DNA of 64,000 bases from a virus (Duplodnaviria; Heunggongvirae; Uroviricota; Caudoviricetes), in the IMG/VR virus record IMGVR_UViG_3300012983_000002; one strand, written 5' to 3'. Below are positions 1-9,151 of this stretch, one piece after another (the first letter of the stretch is position 1; each line of letters opens with the position of its first letter). Made by a program: the position numbers and the translations under genes. The notes under the pieces were generated by a model. The model saw only the letters and a program-made list of their open reading frames with translations, had not been told where the DNA came from and searched no databases.

Positions 1-370
1 GAATATCTATGATACGTTCTGTGTCTATAGTACCCCAAGACATAGGATAATCTGTACCCCACGCCCAACCAGTATGCTCTGCTATTAAGCATTGTTCATC
101 TTGCTGCATGTGTGGTAGGAATTTGTCGAAAAACTCACAATCCTCTCCTATGCATATGCACTCAGATATTTTTATTATGTTAAAGAATGAAGTCTCTATA
201 AGCTCTGCAGCGCTATGCAGTGCAGTAGCTTTATAATCCGTACCTTCTTTGTCATCCGGCATAGCTCTGATAGACTCCATTAAGTCGGCGGCACTATATA
301 TGAGTTCGCTCCATTTAGACTTATCTACAGCGTAAAATCTAAAAGTTATATTTGTAAGGTCTTTCAACAT
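1..370 (-). CDS. hypothetical protein, partial (runs off window edge)
   Basis: ATG at 370; hand translation open to base 1 (MLKDLTNITFRFYAVDK...); not in ORF track. Confidence 0.6.
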   Translation of the reverse strand, partial: MLKDLTNITFRFYAVDKSKWSELIYSAADLMESIRAMPDDKEGTDYKATALHSAAELIETSFFNIIKISECICIGEDCEFFDKFLPHMQQDEQCLIAEHTGWAWGTDYPMSWGTIDTERIIDI

Positions 371-432
371 AAAACAAATAACGCTCCCCGGAAAACAACC
401 AGGGAGCGCGCGTTTAGTAGTGCAATATACTA

Positions 433-576
433 TTACTTAAGCTTCTTTACAGTATCGACTATAGCTTTGCAGAAACTATATACTGCATTGCTTGCAATTG
501 AGACAGCAGATCCTGCTACATCGATAACTGCTTTAGCTTCTTTACTATTGATGATTTCTTTAGCTTTATTGATCAT
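433..576 (-). CDS. small hypothetical protein (47 aa)
   Basis: Hand translation MINKAKEIINSKEAKAVIDVAG...KKLK*; directly follows the RNAP beta fragment. Confidence 0.5.
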   Translation of the reverse strand: MINKAKEIINSKEAKAVIDVAGSAVSIASNAVYSFCKAIVDTVKKLK

Positions 577-581
577 ATTAT

Positions 582-1271
582 TTAGTCTGGTATTTTAATT
601 GTTAAATTTGAGACATCCTCTGGAGATAACCAACGCATCTTCTTAGAATGTCGATCGAAATACTTTTGATATAGACGACCGTTAGATCCTAGCTTAGCAC
701 CCCAAGCTACACGCACGTCAATACCTGCGCGTTCGGATTCAGGACCCTCAATAACAGAGATATAACCGAATTGAGACGGATGAATAGCTTGAGCTTCTTC
801 TGTAATAGAATCAGAACTACCAAGTCCTCCAGGACCCATCTTAGTGATGCGTCGTGCTGATTCTGTAAGTTGCATAGGATTGATTTCTTCTAGAGGGGCT
901 GTAAGCGGATTGCCTACCAGCAAGCGTTCAACATAAGGGTCGAACATTGCCGTAGGAATGCTACTTAAATTCTTTTTCCTAGCAACCTGATACATCAGTT
1001 GTCTGGAGACCTTACCTGCGTCCATCTTAATACTCTCGCGTAGCATAGAATGAGGGCGTAATATTTTTTGAAATTTCAGACTGTCGCGTTCGTCAGGTTC
1101 ATCTAAACCTCTATTAATTGCTAATAGTTTTTCCGAAGCGGCAAGTACACCATCAGTGCCAACGCTCATATACTCCTCACCATCGTCGTCAAGTTCAAAC
1201 GCCGGTACTGACTCCTGCTTCTTAGTAGATGCAGGTTTCATCATGGCTTTAAGCTGGTCTATATCTATCAT
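582..1271 (-). CDS. rpoB: phage multi-subunit RNA polymerase, beta middle fragment (fork loop region)
   Basis: NPMQLTESARRITKMGPGGL...IHPSQFGYISVIEGPESERAGI matches RpoB [20 protein letters not shown]...[22 protein letters not shown]. Confidence 0.9.
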   Translation of the reverse strand: MIDIDQLKAMMKPASTKKQESVPAFELDDDGEEYMSVGTDGVLAASEKLLAINRGLDEPDERDSLKFQKILRPHSMLRESIKMDAGKVSRQLMYQVARKKNLSSIPTAMFDPYVERLLVGNPLTAPLEEINPMQLTESARRITKMGPGGLGSSDSITEEAQAIHPSQFGYISVIEGPESERAGIDVRVAWGAKLGSNGRLYQKYFDRHSKKMRWLSPEDVSNLTIKIPD

Positions 1272-1291
1272 AATTACTAAAACTATAGTAC

Positions 1292-2371
1292 TTATTGCAT
1301 CTTAATTTTATCCAGGACGCGCTTCATATTCATCTGCTGAACCAAAGCAACTCCAGGATTACTTGTATCTGGATTACTTTGAACCTCGTGTCCCGTCCTT
1401 ATAACATTTTTTATCTGTTCCTCTAATGCTGCCTTATTTACATTTATGTCGATAGATGTTCCAGATACAGCATTGATGTACGTAGCAATATCTTCCAGAT
1501 CATGCCGATTAAAGTTAGCTATCTTTTCCATAGCCTCTCCAGCCTGCAACCAGGCAGCCCTTTTCTTCATATTAAAAAGAGACGGCAGTGTCTTTTTGAC
1601 GACATTAGTAGCAACCTGAGAACGATCTAATGCATTCTTAATTAGCTCTATCTTCTCCTCCCTGGAGCGTCCTGGGTTATTTTTTCTATCCCACTCTGGT
1701 ACGATCTTGTTATAAGCTTTTTCGAAAACACGAGCGTCGTAGTTCTCTTTATTCTGCGAGAGAATATCTTTACCCCATCCTTCTTCCATACGCTCATCGC
1801 TCACACCTATGTCGTGCAGGAGAGAATATAAGTGAAGCTCAGATCCTGCAATACTGAATTTATACTGCGCTGTCTCAGGATTCAGCTGTACGCGAAACGC
1901 ATTACCTGTACCTGGTCGTACGTTAAATTGCGTTTCTAAATCACCATTATTCTGGTAACGCGAATATGCTCCAGGTAATAAGCGTTGTTGTGCTATAGAT
2001 GCCCACTCGTTGCCAGATCTGATGAATGTGCCTCTGTCTGTAAGATACGGAACACGCATTAATGTCATGTCCTTTTCATCTAGCAGCTCTCCGGTTTTTG
2101 TGTCTGTAAGCCTTAATTTACCTCTGAGGCGTCGCATTAAATATTTATCTTCATGCAATGCTCTCTTTTGGTCGCTTATAGAGTAACGTTCAGGATCTAC
2201 GTATTTAACATCAGATAGTTCCATACGTACACCGTTGTGTTCTTTAGGAAATTGTTTCTCTAAAGCACTTTTAGCATCCTCAAAAATTAGGTTTCTGTGG
2301 GTATCGAAATCTTCTAAGTCGTAAAGCTCTGCACCATCTGGCAACTCGGCATCCTCGTACATTCTTGGCAT
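1292..2371 (-). CDS. rpoB: phage multi-subunit RNA polymerase, beta N-terminal fragment
   Basis: MRVPYLTDRGTFIRSGNEWASIAQQRLLPGAYS matches RpoB [30 protein letters not shown]; start moved from 2410 to ATG 2371 because the 5' extension overlaps a hairpin and TACCAT-N6-ATG precedes 2371. Confidence 0.9.
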   Translation of the reverse strand: MPRMYEDAELPDGAELYDLEDFDTHRNLIFEDAKSALEKQFPKEHNGVRMELSDVKYVDPERYSISDQKRALHEDKYLMRRLRGKLRLTDTKTGELLDEKDMTLMRVPYLTDRGTFIRSGNEWASIAQQRLLPGAYSRYQNNGDLETQFNVRPGTGNAFRVQLNPETAQYKFSIAGSELHLYSLLHDIGVSDERMEEGWGKDILSQNKENYDARVFEKAYNKIVPEWDRKNNPGRSREEKIELIKNALDRSQVATNVVKKTLPSLFNMKKRAAWLQAGEAMEKIANFNRHDLEDIATYINAVSGTSIDINVNKAALEEQIKNVIRTGHEVQSNPDTSNPGVALVQQMNMKRVLDKIKMQ

Positions 2372-2398
2372 ACCATAATGGTAAGGATCTGAGAGGTA

Positions 2399-2435
2399 AA
2401 AAACAAGCACACCCTATCCGGATGTGCTTGTTTTT
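2399..2435 (-). terminator. intrinsic terminator hairpin
   Basis: 12-bp stem aaaaacaagcac/gtgcttgttttt just after ORF 2437..3309. Confidence 0.7.
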
Positions 2436-2436
2436 A

Positions 2437-3309
2437 TTATACGAACACACGTTCTTGAGTGAACGCTCTGTTGTTAATAGCATTAGACAACTGGCTAAGT
2501 TTACTGGCTCCTAGCTGACCAAAGAAGTTATTCTCGTCGTACGTCATCTCTCCTATACGTCTTCGATGAGTTTTACTCCAGTCGTACGCGTAGACCAGAT
2601 GTGTTTCAGTATCATCAAGCAGGTTAGCCTCGTAACCAACATACAATCTATCTATATTATTTTCTGTCATATAGCTATAAAGCATTGACCTTACTTTTGA
2701 TGCCAATACGCTACTACTGAGCTTATAACTAATCATCGATCTAAACTCGTCAGCAGTCTCCAGGATCATAGGTATGTTTACAGGGAGTGCTGATATTATA
2801 CCGTCTGTCGGTGTCCAGAATTTGTGACCTCCGTCAGCTTTTTTCCAGATCCTAGGTAGTGCGTGCCTTGGAGAGGTTGGCAATGCTTTGTGTGTTAGTT
2901 GACACCATTCATCTACCGTTAGATCTCTGTAGTGTATTGAGTTAGCTATACACGGAGATCCTCCACTGTAGTTAAACACATCTATACCTCCTCCACACCC
3001 TAAGTAAGCATCTGGCTCATCGTTAGGATGCGTTGCGTAGCCCATGCTAGTGTAAAGCATGTCGCGCCATCTTACTGCTGTATATAAATACATTTGCACA
3101 TCGTGTACTGCCCCATTTATATACGATAAGTCGTATATAGGAAACAGTTGGTTTGTACCCAGAATAAACTTATTAGGTCCTTCCGAAAGTACAACATCGC
3201 AGCAATAGTTGAGTTTTATCTCCTCCGTCGATGCTTGGGTCTGGTTATTATTACTTGATGTAGTGGTTACTATTCCAACATTACTGAGCAAATCACTTAA
3301 ATCGCTCAT
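2437..3309 (-). CDS. hypothetical protein
   Basis: 290 aa ORF filling the gap between two terminators. Confidence 0.75.
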   Translation of the reverse strand: MSDLSDLLSNVGIVTTTSSNNNQTQASTEEIKLNYCCDVVLSEGPNKFILGTNQLFPIYDLSYINGAVHDVQMYLYTAVRWRDMLYTSMGYATHPNDEPDAYLGCGGGIDVFNYSGGSPCIANSIHYRDLTVDEWCQLTHKALPTSPRHALPRIWKKADGGHKFWTPTDGIISALPVNIPMILETADEFRSMISYKLSSSVLASKVRSMLYSYMTENNIDRLYVGYEANLLDDTETHLVYAYDWSKTHRRRIGEMTYDENNFFGQLGASKLSQLSNAINNRAFTQERVFV

Positions 3310-3346
3310 GTGTGTTTGGTTTTGATGTTTTGCATTTATAAAAAAT

Positions 3347-3376
3347 GACAGGTGAGTTCAACAGAACCCACCTGTC
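3347..3376 (-). terminator. intrinsic terminator
   Basis: GACAGGTGGGTTC-TGTT-GAACTCACCTGTC followed by a T-tract on minus. Confidence 0.8.
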
Positions 3377-3408
3377 GCTCAAGTATATATAACCTGAATA
3401 GCGTGATA

Positions 3409-4005
3409 TTATCGGCGCTTAGAGCAGCGGAATGTAACCTCGGATCCGAACGCGTTTACGATTGTGTAGGTGATACCTTCAGCTGTAAATGTAGTAGAGT
3501 TATCAAACTCAGTCATTGATTCCAGCTCCTTTACAAAGCTATTAACACTCTTACGCAGCGCTCCAGGGAATGCTAGGATGTCGATTTCACCAGACTTCTC
3601 GTGAAGCTGCACTACCGCCATATCTTCTGTAATGTTAGGACGATTAAGAGTGGCACCGAAGTCGCACATGATGTAGTTATCATCGGGGATGCAATGAACT
3701 CCTACAACCATCTCTGTGTCGTCCACATTGTCAGTAAGCACCTGGAATCTATAACGTGACGCCATATTAATACCGTTACGTAGAGCCTCTATAGATGAGC
3801 CGGTACCCATAGCAGCACGAGACCATGCTTCAGGTGTCATGGGCAGTACTGTCTCTACAGCTCCTCCGTGACCTCCCTTACCTCCGATGAAGGCAAGATA
3901 AGGAACCTCAGAGTCGTTATCATTACTTACGATCTGAATATTAGTAATTGTACGTGCTGTATAATGTTTAAGCTTGCTTGTGTCTTTCTTCGTAATGCTA
4001 GGCAT
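3409..4005 (-). CDS. hypothetical protein
   Basis: 198 aa ORF, operon packing. Confidence 0.75.
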   Translation of the reverse strand: MPSITKKDTSKLKHYTARTITNIQIVSNDNDSEVPYLAFIGGKGGHGGAVETVLPMTPEAWSRAAMGTGSSIEALRNGINMASRYRFQVLTDNVDDTEMVVGVHCIPDDNYIMCDFGATLNRPNITEDMAVVQLHEKSGEIDILAFPGALRKSVNSFVKELESMTEFDNSTTFTAEGITYTIVNAFGSEVTFRCSKRR

Positions 4006-4012
4006 AATTTTG

Positions 4013-4432
4013 TTATTTTTTATTTTTTCTATCCCAAAGCACCTTTTCTACAATGGGATACTTAATCTTACCTGGTGCGCATAATGCGCACGATGCAAGA
4101 TGATAGGTTTTGTTAGGATAAAAGGTGAATCCTGTTTTGTCCTTTACTGGCTTGATTCGACAAATAACTCGCTTACACATAGCGCATACTACGCGAGCTG
4201 TTTCTTTATCTAACTTCTTACCTTCTGGACAATTTTTGCAGACATCATTGTATGTTTTAAATACTCCGGTGTCTAGCTCTTCTAGATCTGCTACATGAAC
4301 TTTTTTTCCGCAAGCGCAAGTCTCACGTGTATCCGTCAATATTTCCTGCTTCTCCGGAGGAGGTAATGACGCGAGGATGTTAACCATCTCGTGCATCTTT
4401 TCTCCTGTTATACTGTCGAATACGTTATCCAT
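4013..4432 (-). CDS. Cys-rich putative zinc-binding protein
   Basis: CACG, CKNC, CAMC, CALC motifs. Confidence 0.65.
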   Translation of the reverse strand: MDNVFDSITGEKMHEMVNILASLPPPEKQEILTDTRETCACGKKVHVADLEELDTGVFKTYNDVCKNCPEGKKLDKETARVVCAMCKRVICRIKPVKDKTGFTFYPNKTYHLASCALCAPGKIKYPIVEKVLWDRKNKK

Positions 4433-4433
4433 G

Positions 4434-6101
4434 CTACGAATTTAATTGGAAATACTTTAAAAGGAAAGTATGTTTTTCTTCGTCCGGACAACGAACGTAC
4501 TTACGTACATCTTCAATCTTTTCCAGCTCAGCTACACGCTTTGCGTCCGCTGCCGCAAGATCCTCGTCAGTAGGAGGATGTATAATCCTAGTAGCTTTTC
4601 CAGAGAACGGGAGGGTTACATTAAAGTACTCTTCCTTGGTCAGTTGTCGTATCTTGGACTTAATCGTAGTCTCAGCCTGCCTCAGTTTAGAGTGTAGGTA
4701 GGCGAAATCTATCTGATAAATATTGCCTTCTTCTGACTCACCCACTACTGTTCCGTACTCCCTAATACATTCTACCATAGGTTGAAGGGTCTTAGGGAAG
4801 TCATCCAGAGCTATAGATTTGTCACCGAATGTATATAATTGCTCCTCAGGAGTAAATCGATCTACACATCCTCTGGACTGTAGGAAGTTCAACGCGCCTT
4901 CTGCAGATTTAGAACCAACAGCGTCTATGATGTCAGTTATCTTTACGTGAGCTACACCGTCTGAATTGGAGGCACGTTTCACGAACTGATATGCTCTTCG
5001 TACGGAATCGCTATCCGGATTACTAGAATCCCAGAAGAATTCCTGCATCCATCTGCTGGACGGAGTCTCGAACATGTAACATACAGCCTTGCGACCGTCT
5101 CGAGCAGCGCGGCCAGTCTCCTGGGCTACTGCTTCAATGCTGCTAGGACATCCTACGTGTATGATTCCCTCAATATCAGGTTTGTCGACACCCATACCGA
5201 ATGCGTTGGTAGCTACGCATATACGAGCACGCCCGGACATAAACGCATCCATGTTAGATGCTCTCACTCCGTCTTGTGTAATCTGTCCATGATAGAATGT
5301 TACACTTTCTCCTTGTTGCTGTAAGAATTCTGTAATCTCACCGACCTCGCGTACTGTCTGACAATATATGATACAGCTACCTTCGATAGTGGCTAACTTC
5401 TCTAGCAGCTTGGGTTTCAGCATATTATTATCTTCCAGGACCTCGCTATGTAACTCGATGTTATTTCTAGCCACATAATAACGACAGATGCATGTGTTGT
5501 TCATCTGAAGTACATTCTTAACATCTTCAACGATCTCGCTTGTGGCTGTTGCTGTAAACGCGGCAATTACTTTCGGGTTGTATTGAGACACAAGTTCTCC
5601 ACAGGCCCTATATGCAGGTCGAAATGACGATACAGCTTGAGACAACACATGAGCTTCGTCGAGTACCACAAGATCCACAGGAGTAGCGCGTATAGCCATC
5701 TGGAATTGAGGGTTATTGATACGCTCAGGAGCTACATACATCATCTGCAATCTACCCTCAGACCACTCTCTCAGAGTTAGGAAGTTTTGAGCATCCGTCT
5801 GACTACTATTTACGCAACCTGCACGAATGCCCATTCTGTTCATGCTCTGTACCTGGTCTCGCATCAATGCTACCAGAGGAGAGAACACGATAGTATGCCA
5901 GTTCATAGCTACTGTAGGGATAGCGAAACAGGCCGATTTACCGAACGAGGTAGGCAAGATACATATAGTATCTCTGCCTGCCATAATACAATTAATAGGG
6001 GTTTCCTGACCCTCTCGCAGAGACGTGTATCCCATCTGCGCCAGCACTTCAGGAATTCTAGTTTGTCCTTCTAAAAAATCTTTTAGTTCTACTTTAGGCA
6101 T
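4434..6101 (-). CDS. recQ: RecQ-family SF2 helicase
   Basis: LPTSFGKS, SPLVALMRDQV, YVAPER, LDEAH, ATNAFGMGVDKPD, QETGRAARDG. Confidence 0.95.
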   Translation of the reverse strand: MPKVELKDFLEGQTRIPEVLAQMGYTSLREGQETPINCIMAGRDTICILPTSFGKSACFAIPTVAMNWHTIVFSPLVALMRDQVQSMNRMGIRAGCVNSSQTDAQNFLTLREWSEGRLQMMYVAPERINNPQFQMAIRATPVDLVVLDEAHVLSQAVSSFRPAYRACGELVSQYNPKVIAAFTATATSEIVEDVKNVLQMNNTCICRYYVARNNIELHSEVLEDNNMLKPKLLEKLATIEGSCIIYCQTVREVGEITEFLQQQGESVTFYHGQITQDGVRASNMDAFMSGRARICVATNAFGMGVDKPDIEGIIHVGCPSSIEAVAQETGRAARDGRKAVCYMFETPSSRWMQEFFWDSSNPDSDSVRRAYQFVKRASNSDGVAHVKITDIIDAVGSKSAEGALNFLQSRGCVDRFTPEEQLYTFGDKSIALDDFPKTLQPMVECIREYGTVVGESEEGNIYQIDFAYLHSKLRQAETTIKSKIRQLTKEEYFNVTLPFSGKATRIIHPPTDEDLAAADAKRVAELEKIEDVRKYVRCPDEEKHTFLLKYFQLNS

Positions 6102-6693
6102 AATGTATTTTGTACTTCTCTTTAGCTTCTGGTGTAACGGTTCGATTATCTACATCGATACCGTCTTCCAGTAGTAAGGCTTTACACTCGTCAGCAAGAG
6201 TTTTCCATTCTGGAGTTATGTCGTCAGGAAGATTGCATATCTTTGAATAATCCCACGCGATAGGATACCAGTGTCTTTCTTTATTAGTCGATACTTCAGT
6301 ATCGTCTGTTTCTATAAACTTAGGTCTACCTTTGGGCTTATATCCTGGGAATTTAGCTTTCATTCTTGCGATAGCTTTCTCGTAATAACGTTGCAGCTGC
6401 TCTCGTTGCTTTTTTCTGTAATTCTTACAGTCTTCTTCTGTCCAAGGATGCTTAGCCTTTTCTAAGTCAGGACGATCGTCATAAGTGTATACGTAATCTC
6501 CATCAGAGTCCACATCTTCAGGATCAGATAGTACAAACTGAATGTCAGGCCCGCCTAGGTTGCATAATTCCCCATCGAACCAGGCGTAACCATTACCGAT
6601 AACCACAAATAACTGATTAAGACATTCCTGCCGTGTAGTGTAGTGAGCAGGATATTTATCCATCATTGCTTGTATTGTTCTTTCTGGTTTCAT
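6094..6693 (-). CDS. hypothetical protein
   Basis: 199 aa ORF overlapping the recQ start. Confidence 0.7.
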   Translation of the reverse strand: MKPERTIQAMMDKYPAHYTTRQECLNQLFVVIGNGYAWFDGELCNLGGPDIQFVLSDPEDVDSDGDYVYTYDDRPDLEKAKHPWTEEDCKNYRKKQREQLQRYYEKAIARMKAKFPGYKPKGRPKFIETDDTEVSTNKERHWYPIAWDYSKICNLPDDITPEWKTLADECKALLLEDGIDVDNRTVTPEAKEKYKIHYA

Positions 6694-6700
6694 AATATGT

Positions 6701-7306
6701 TTATTTTAACGAATTCAAAAACTCAGGAGCCCAAGATGGAAGTTCTTTTTCGTTGATAACAATATTACTACACCGAAGTAAAATAGATGTCATACGACGA
6801 TCTTCATTGCGGATGGCCCAATATAGAGGAGGCTTTACCCTATCGCTCGCAGCGTTAACATTAATCCCTGGTACAGTCAGAAGTAATTTTACTACCCTGG
6901 GGTGTTTTAGTCTTACGGCTTCAGTGAGAGCTGTTTTACCACGCTCATTCACATAGTTAACATCAACGTTGATTTTGTCCAGCAGCGCCTGTACTATCTT
7001 AACACCTCCTACGCGGCACGCCGTATGTAACGGAGGCCACCCCATATCTTCTGAGGAGTTAACATTTATTCCTGGTATACTGAGTAACTGTTCTATTATG
7101 GGCCAGCTACCGTATAACGGATAATAACTTATAGCTAAGCAAAGGGGTTTGCTTATATTACTTATTATTTTGGTTAATAATACTTCTTCGTCTTTAGCTT
7201 TAAGTAAAATCTCTTTTACAGCATTCGCGTTTCTTACGCGTACCGCTTCATATAGTGTGTCTACAATGTTGTCTGGGTTAAGTTTAAGTTTCATATTAAT
7301 GTGCAA
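6701..7306 (-). CDS. ankyrin-repeat protein
   Basis: Repeats GWPPLHTAC...IVQALL..INVDVN, GKTALTEAV...VVKLLL..PGINVN, KPPLYWAI. Confidence 0.9.
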   Translation of the reverse strand: MHINMKLKLNPDNIVDTLYEAVRVRNANAVKEILLKAKDEEVLLTKIISNISKPLCLAISYYPLYGSWPIIEQLLSIPGINVNSSEDMGWPPLHTACRVGGVKIVQALLDKINVDVNYVNERGKTALTEAVRLKHPRVVKLLLTVPGINVNAASDRVKPPLYWAIRNEDRRMTSILLRCSNIVINEKELPSWAPEFLNSLK

Positions 7307-7809
7307 AGTTGTGCTGCTACTACGTGAACTGTTCCTTCAAGTTTTTTATCCTTATATCCTCCCATTATGATGGTAGGACATCCAGAGGAACACCAACTAC
7401 TTACTATATATCCAAGATCATCGTGCATATCCTCTGACGTATCGCTGATACTAGAGGCACACAGGAATAGAGATTCAGCTCCGCTGGTATTCTCGTCAGA
7501 TATCAGAAAATACCCATCACCCAACTCCAGGGCGATTTGTGCTATACGACAATGGCGGGAGAGTGCCCAAACACTCCCCCGCACATTCAATCGTTCGTAT
7601 ATTAACGCACACTCAGCGTCGAGGCCTTCCGGCACGTAGATATCGTCTGTTTGATTCAGCGTATCTATAGCGTCTTCAGGCTCTCGACAATTTTTTATAG
7701 CTGAGGTTTTGAATATTTGACTTAAATATCTAAGGAGAGCTGTCTTGGATAGATTAGGCGTCCTCTCCAAGCTCATATCCACTGATCTTAAGTAGAGCCC
7801 CAATCTCAT
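7291..7809 (-). CDS. hypothetical protein
   Basis: 172 aa ORF; likely start at internal MSLERTPNL. Confidence 0.65.
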   Translation of the reverse strand: MRLGLYLRSVDMSLERTPNLSKTALLRYLSQIFKTSAIKNCREPEDAIDTLNQTDDIYVPEGLDAECALIYERLNVRGSVWALSRHCRIAQIALELGDGYFLISDENTSGAESLFLCASSISDTSEDMHDDLGYIVSSWCSSGCPTIIMGGYKDKKLEGTVHVVAAQLCTLI

Positions 7810-9073
7810 CCATAAGCGCCTCGTCAGATGTCAGCTTCGCAATGAGAGCCGGAGCCTTCAGCTGATGGACGCCCATATCCTCGGATGTGTACAGCTTACG
7901 TGTACAGGTAAGACCCTTGATCTTATTAGCTACCAGGATATTAGCGAAGGACTCATCCATATCGATAGCCTGCTGGATGTATCCGGTATCGTCAGAGAAC
8001 AAGTCATTACGCATACCGTACTCGATACTACGTTTGGGACCATACGAATTCTTTACTACTCGAGCACGAATTATATCACCGATCTGATTGCCTGCGGAGT
8101 CCTTCCAGATACCCTTTCGTGTAATGGTAATCTGAATACTAGCAGACTGATTCATAGCAGTACCTCCGATACGTGTCTTATTAAGACTTGCGCCTCCGTC
8201 TGCGGCAAAAGAGGAAGAACCAGCATTCATGTTCTGGTTCTGGCCAGACACACAAATGATAGTTACATTCTCTTCATTCAGCATAGAGCAGATAGCGCGA
8301 GTCCATTCATGAAGCCACTTAGCCGTTACGCCTGGTTTCTTGCTAACGTCAGATACACTATTCTTAAGTACGTTGATATTCTTATCCTTACCTTCCTGTA
8401 CAATGAGAGCTTCAGCCTCTTCAGGATTTAGAAGCTTGGTGATAGTATCAACTACGCACACAAGAGGTACTGACTTAGGAATACCCTGCTCGTAGCGCTT
8501 AACATGTACCCACTTACGGATGAGTTTATCCATATCATCAAGGGTATACAGACGCTCGGTCACTTCCAGTACACGTTTAACCTTATCGCCAATACTTGTA
8601 TCAGAACCTACCAGACGGGAGATCCAGTCGGATTCCAACATCTTAGGCTCGGAGTTACAGAACAGACAAGGAATGTTGTACTTAATGAAGTTGCCAAGCA
8701 TAGCCATCACGAGTGAAGACTTACCTGTATTCTCCTGTCCGATAAACTCGATAATAGTGTTAACGGGAATACCGATTCGACCTATGAGATACTGCATAGC
8801 GAACCAGGGCAGTGGTAGATAATCTCTATTAATATCTGCCGCACTCTTGAATCCGTCAGCCATAGCTGATTTTGCCAGTAAGCTGCGCGTTTGTTCTGCC
8901 ATCTGTTCATTGGCAAAGATATCAAAAGCTTCTCCTCCTACTGCGAGCTTTGACTTCTTTCTTGCTCTAGGTTTCTTGACTACTACTTCCTGTTCAACCT
9001 CACCGAAAGCTTCTGTGAGGGTAGGTGTTTCTTCTACTGCTACTTCTTCTTTAATCTTCTTAGGACGTGCCAT
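7754..9073 (-). CDS. recA: RecA/UvsX-like recombinase
   Basis: Walker A EFIGQENTGKSS, Walker B CVVDTIT, IGGTAM, RARVVKNSYGP. Confidence 0.92.
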   Translation of the reverse strand: MARPKKIKEEVAVEETPTLTEAFGEVEQEVVVKKPRARKKSKLAVGGEAFDIFANEQMAEQTRSLLAKSAMADGFKSAADINRDYLPLPWFAMQYLIGRIGIPVNTIIEFIGQENTGKSSLVMAMLGNFIKYNIPCLFCNSEPKMLESDWISRLVGSDTSIGDKVKRVLEVTERLYTLDDMDKLIRKWVHVKRYEQGIPKSVPLVCVVDTITKLLNPEEAEALIVQEGKDKNINVLKNSVSDVSKKPGVTAKWLHEWTRAICSMLNEENVTIICVSGQNQNMNAGSSSFAADGGASLNKTRIGGTAMNQSASIQITITRKGIWKDSAGNQIGDIIRARVVKNSYGPKRSIEYGMRNDLFSDDTGYIQQAIDMDESFANILVANKIKGLTCTRKLYTSEDMGVHQLKAPALIAKLTSDEALMDEIGALLKISGYELGEDA

Positions 9074-9104
9074 ATTTACGTGTCTTTATTGGTACAATGG
9101 GTTT

Positions 9105-9128
9105 CCCAGGGTGGATTGTCACCCTGGG
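9105..9128. terminator. GC-rich hairpin between 9152 ORF and recA
   Basis: 9-bp perfect stem cccagggtg/caccctggg. Confidence 0.55.
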
Positions 9129-9151
9129 TATATGAGTTACTGTATTACAAA

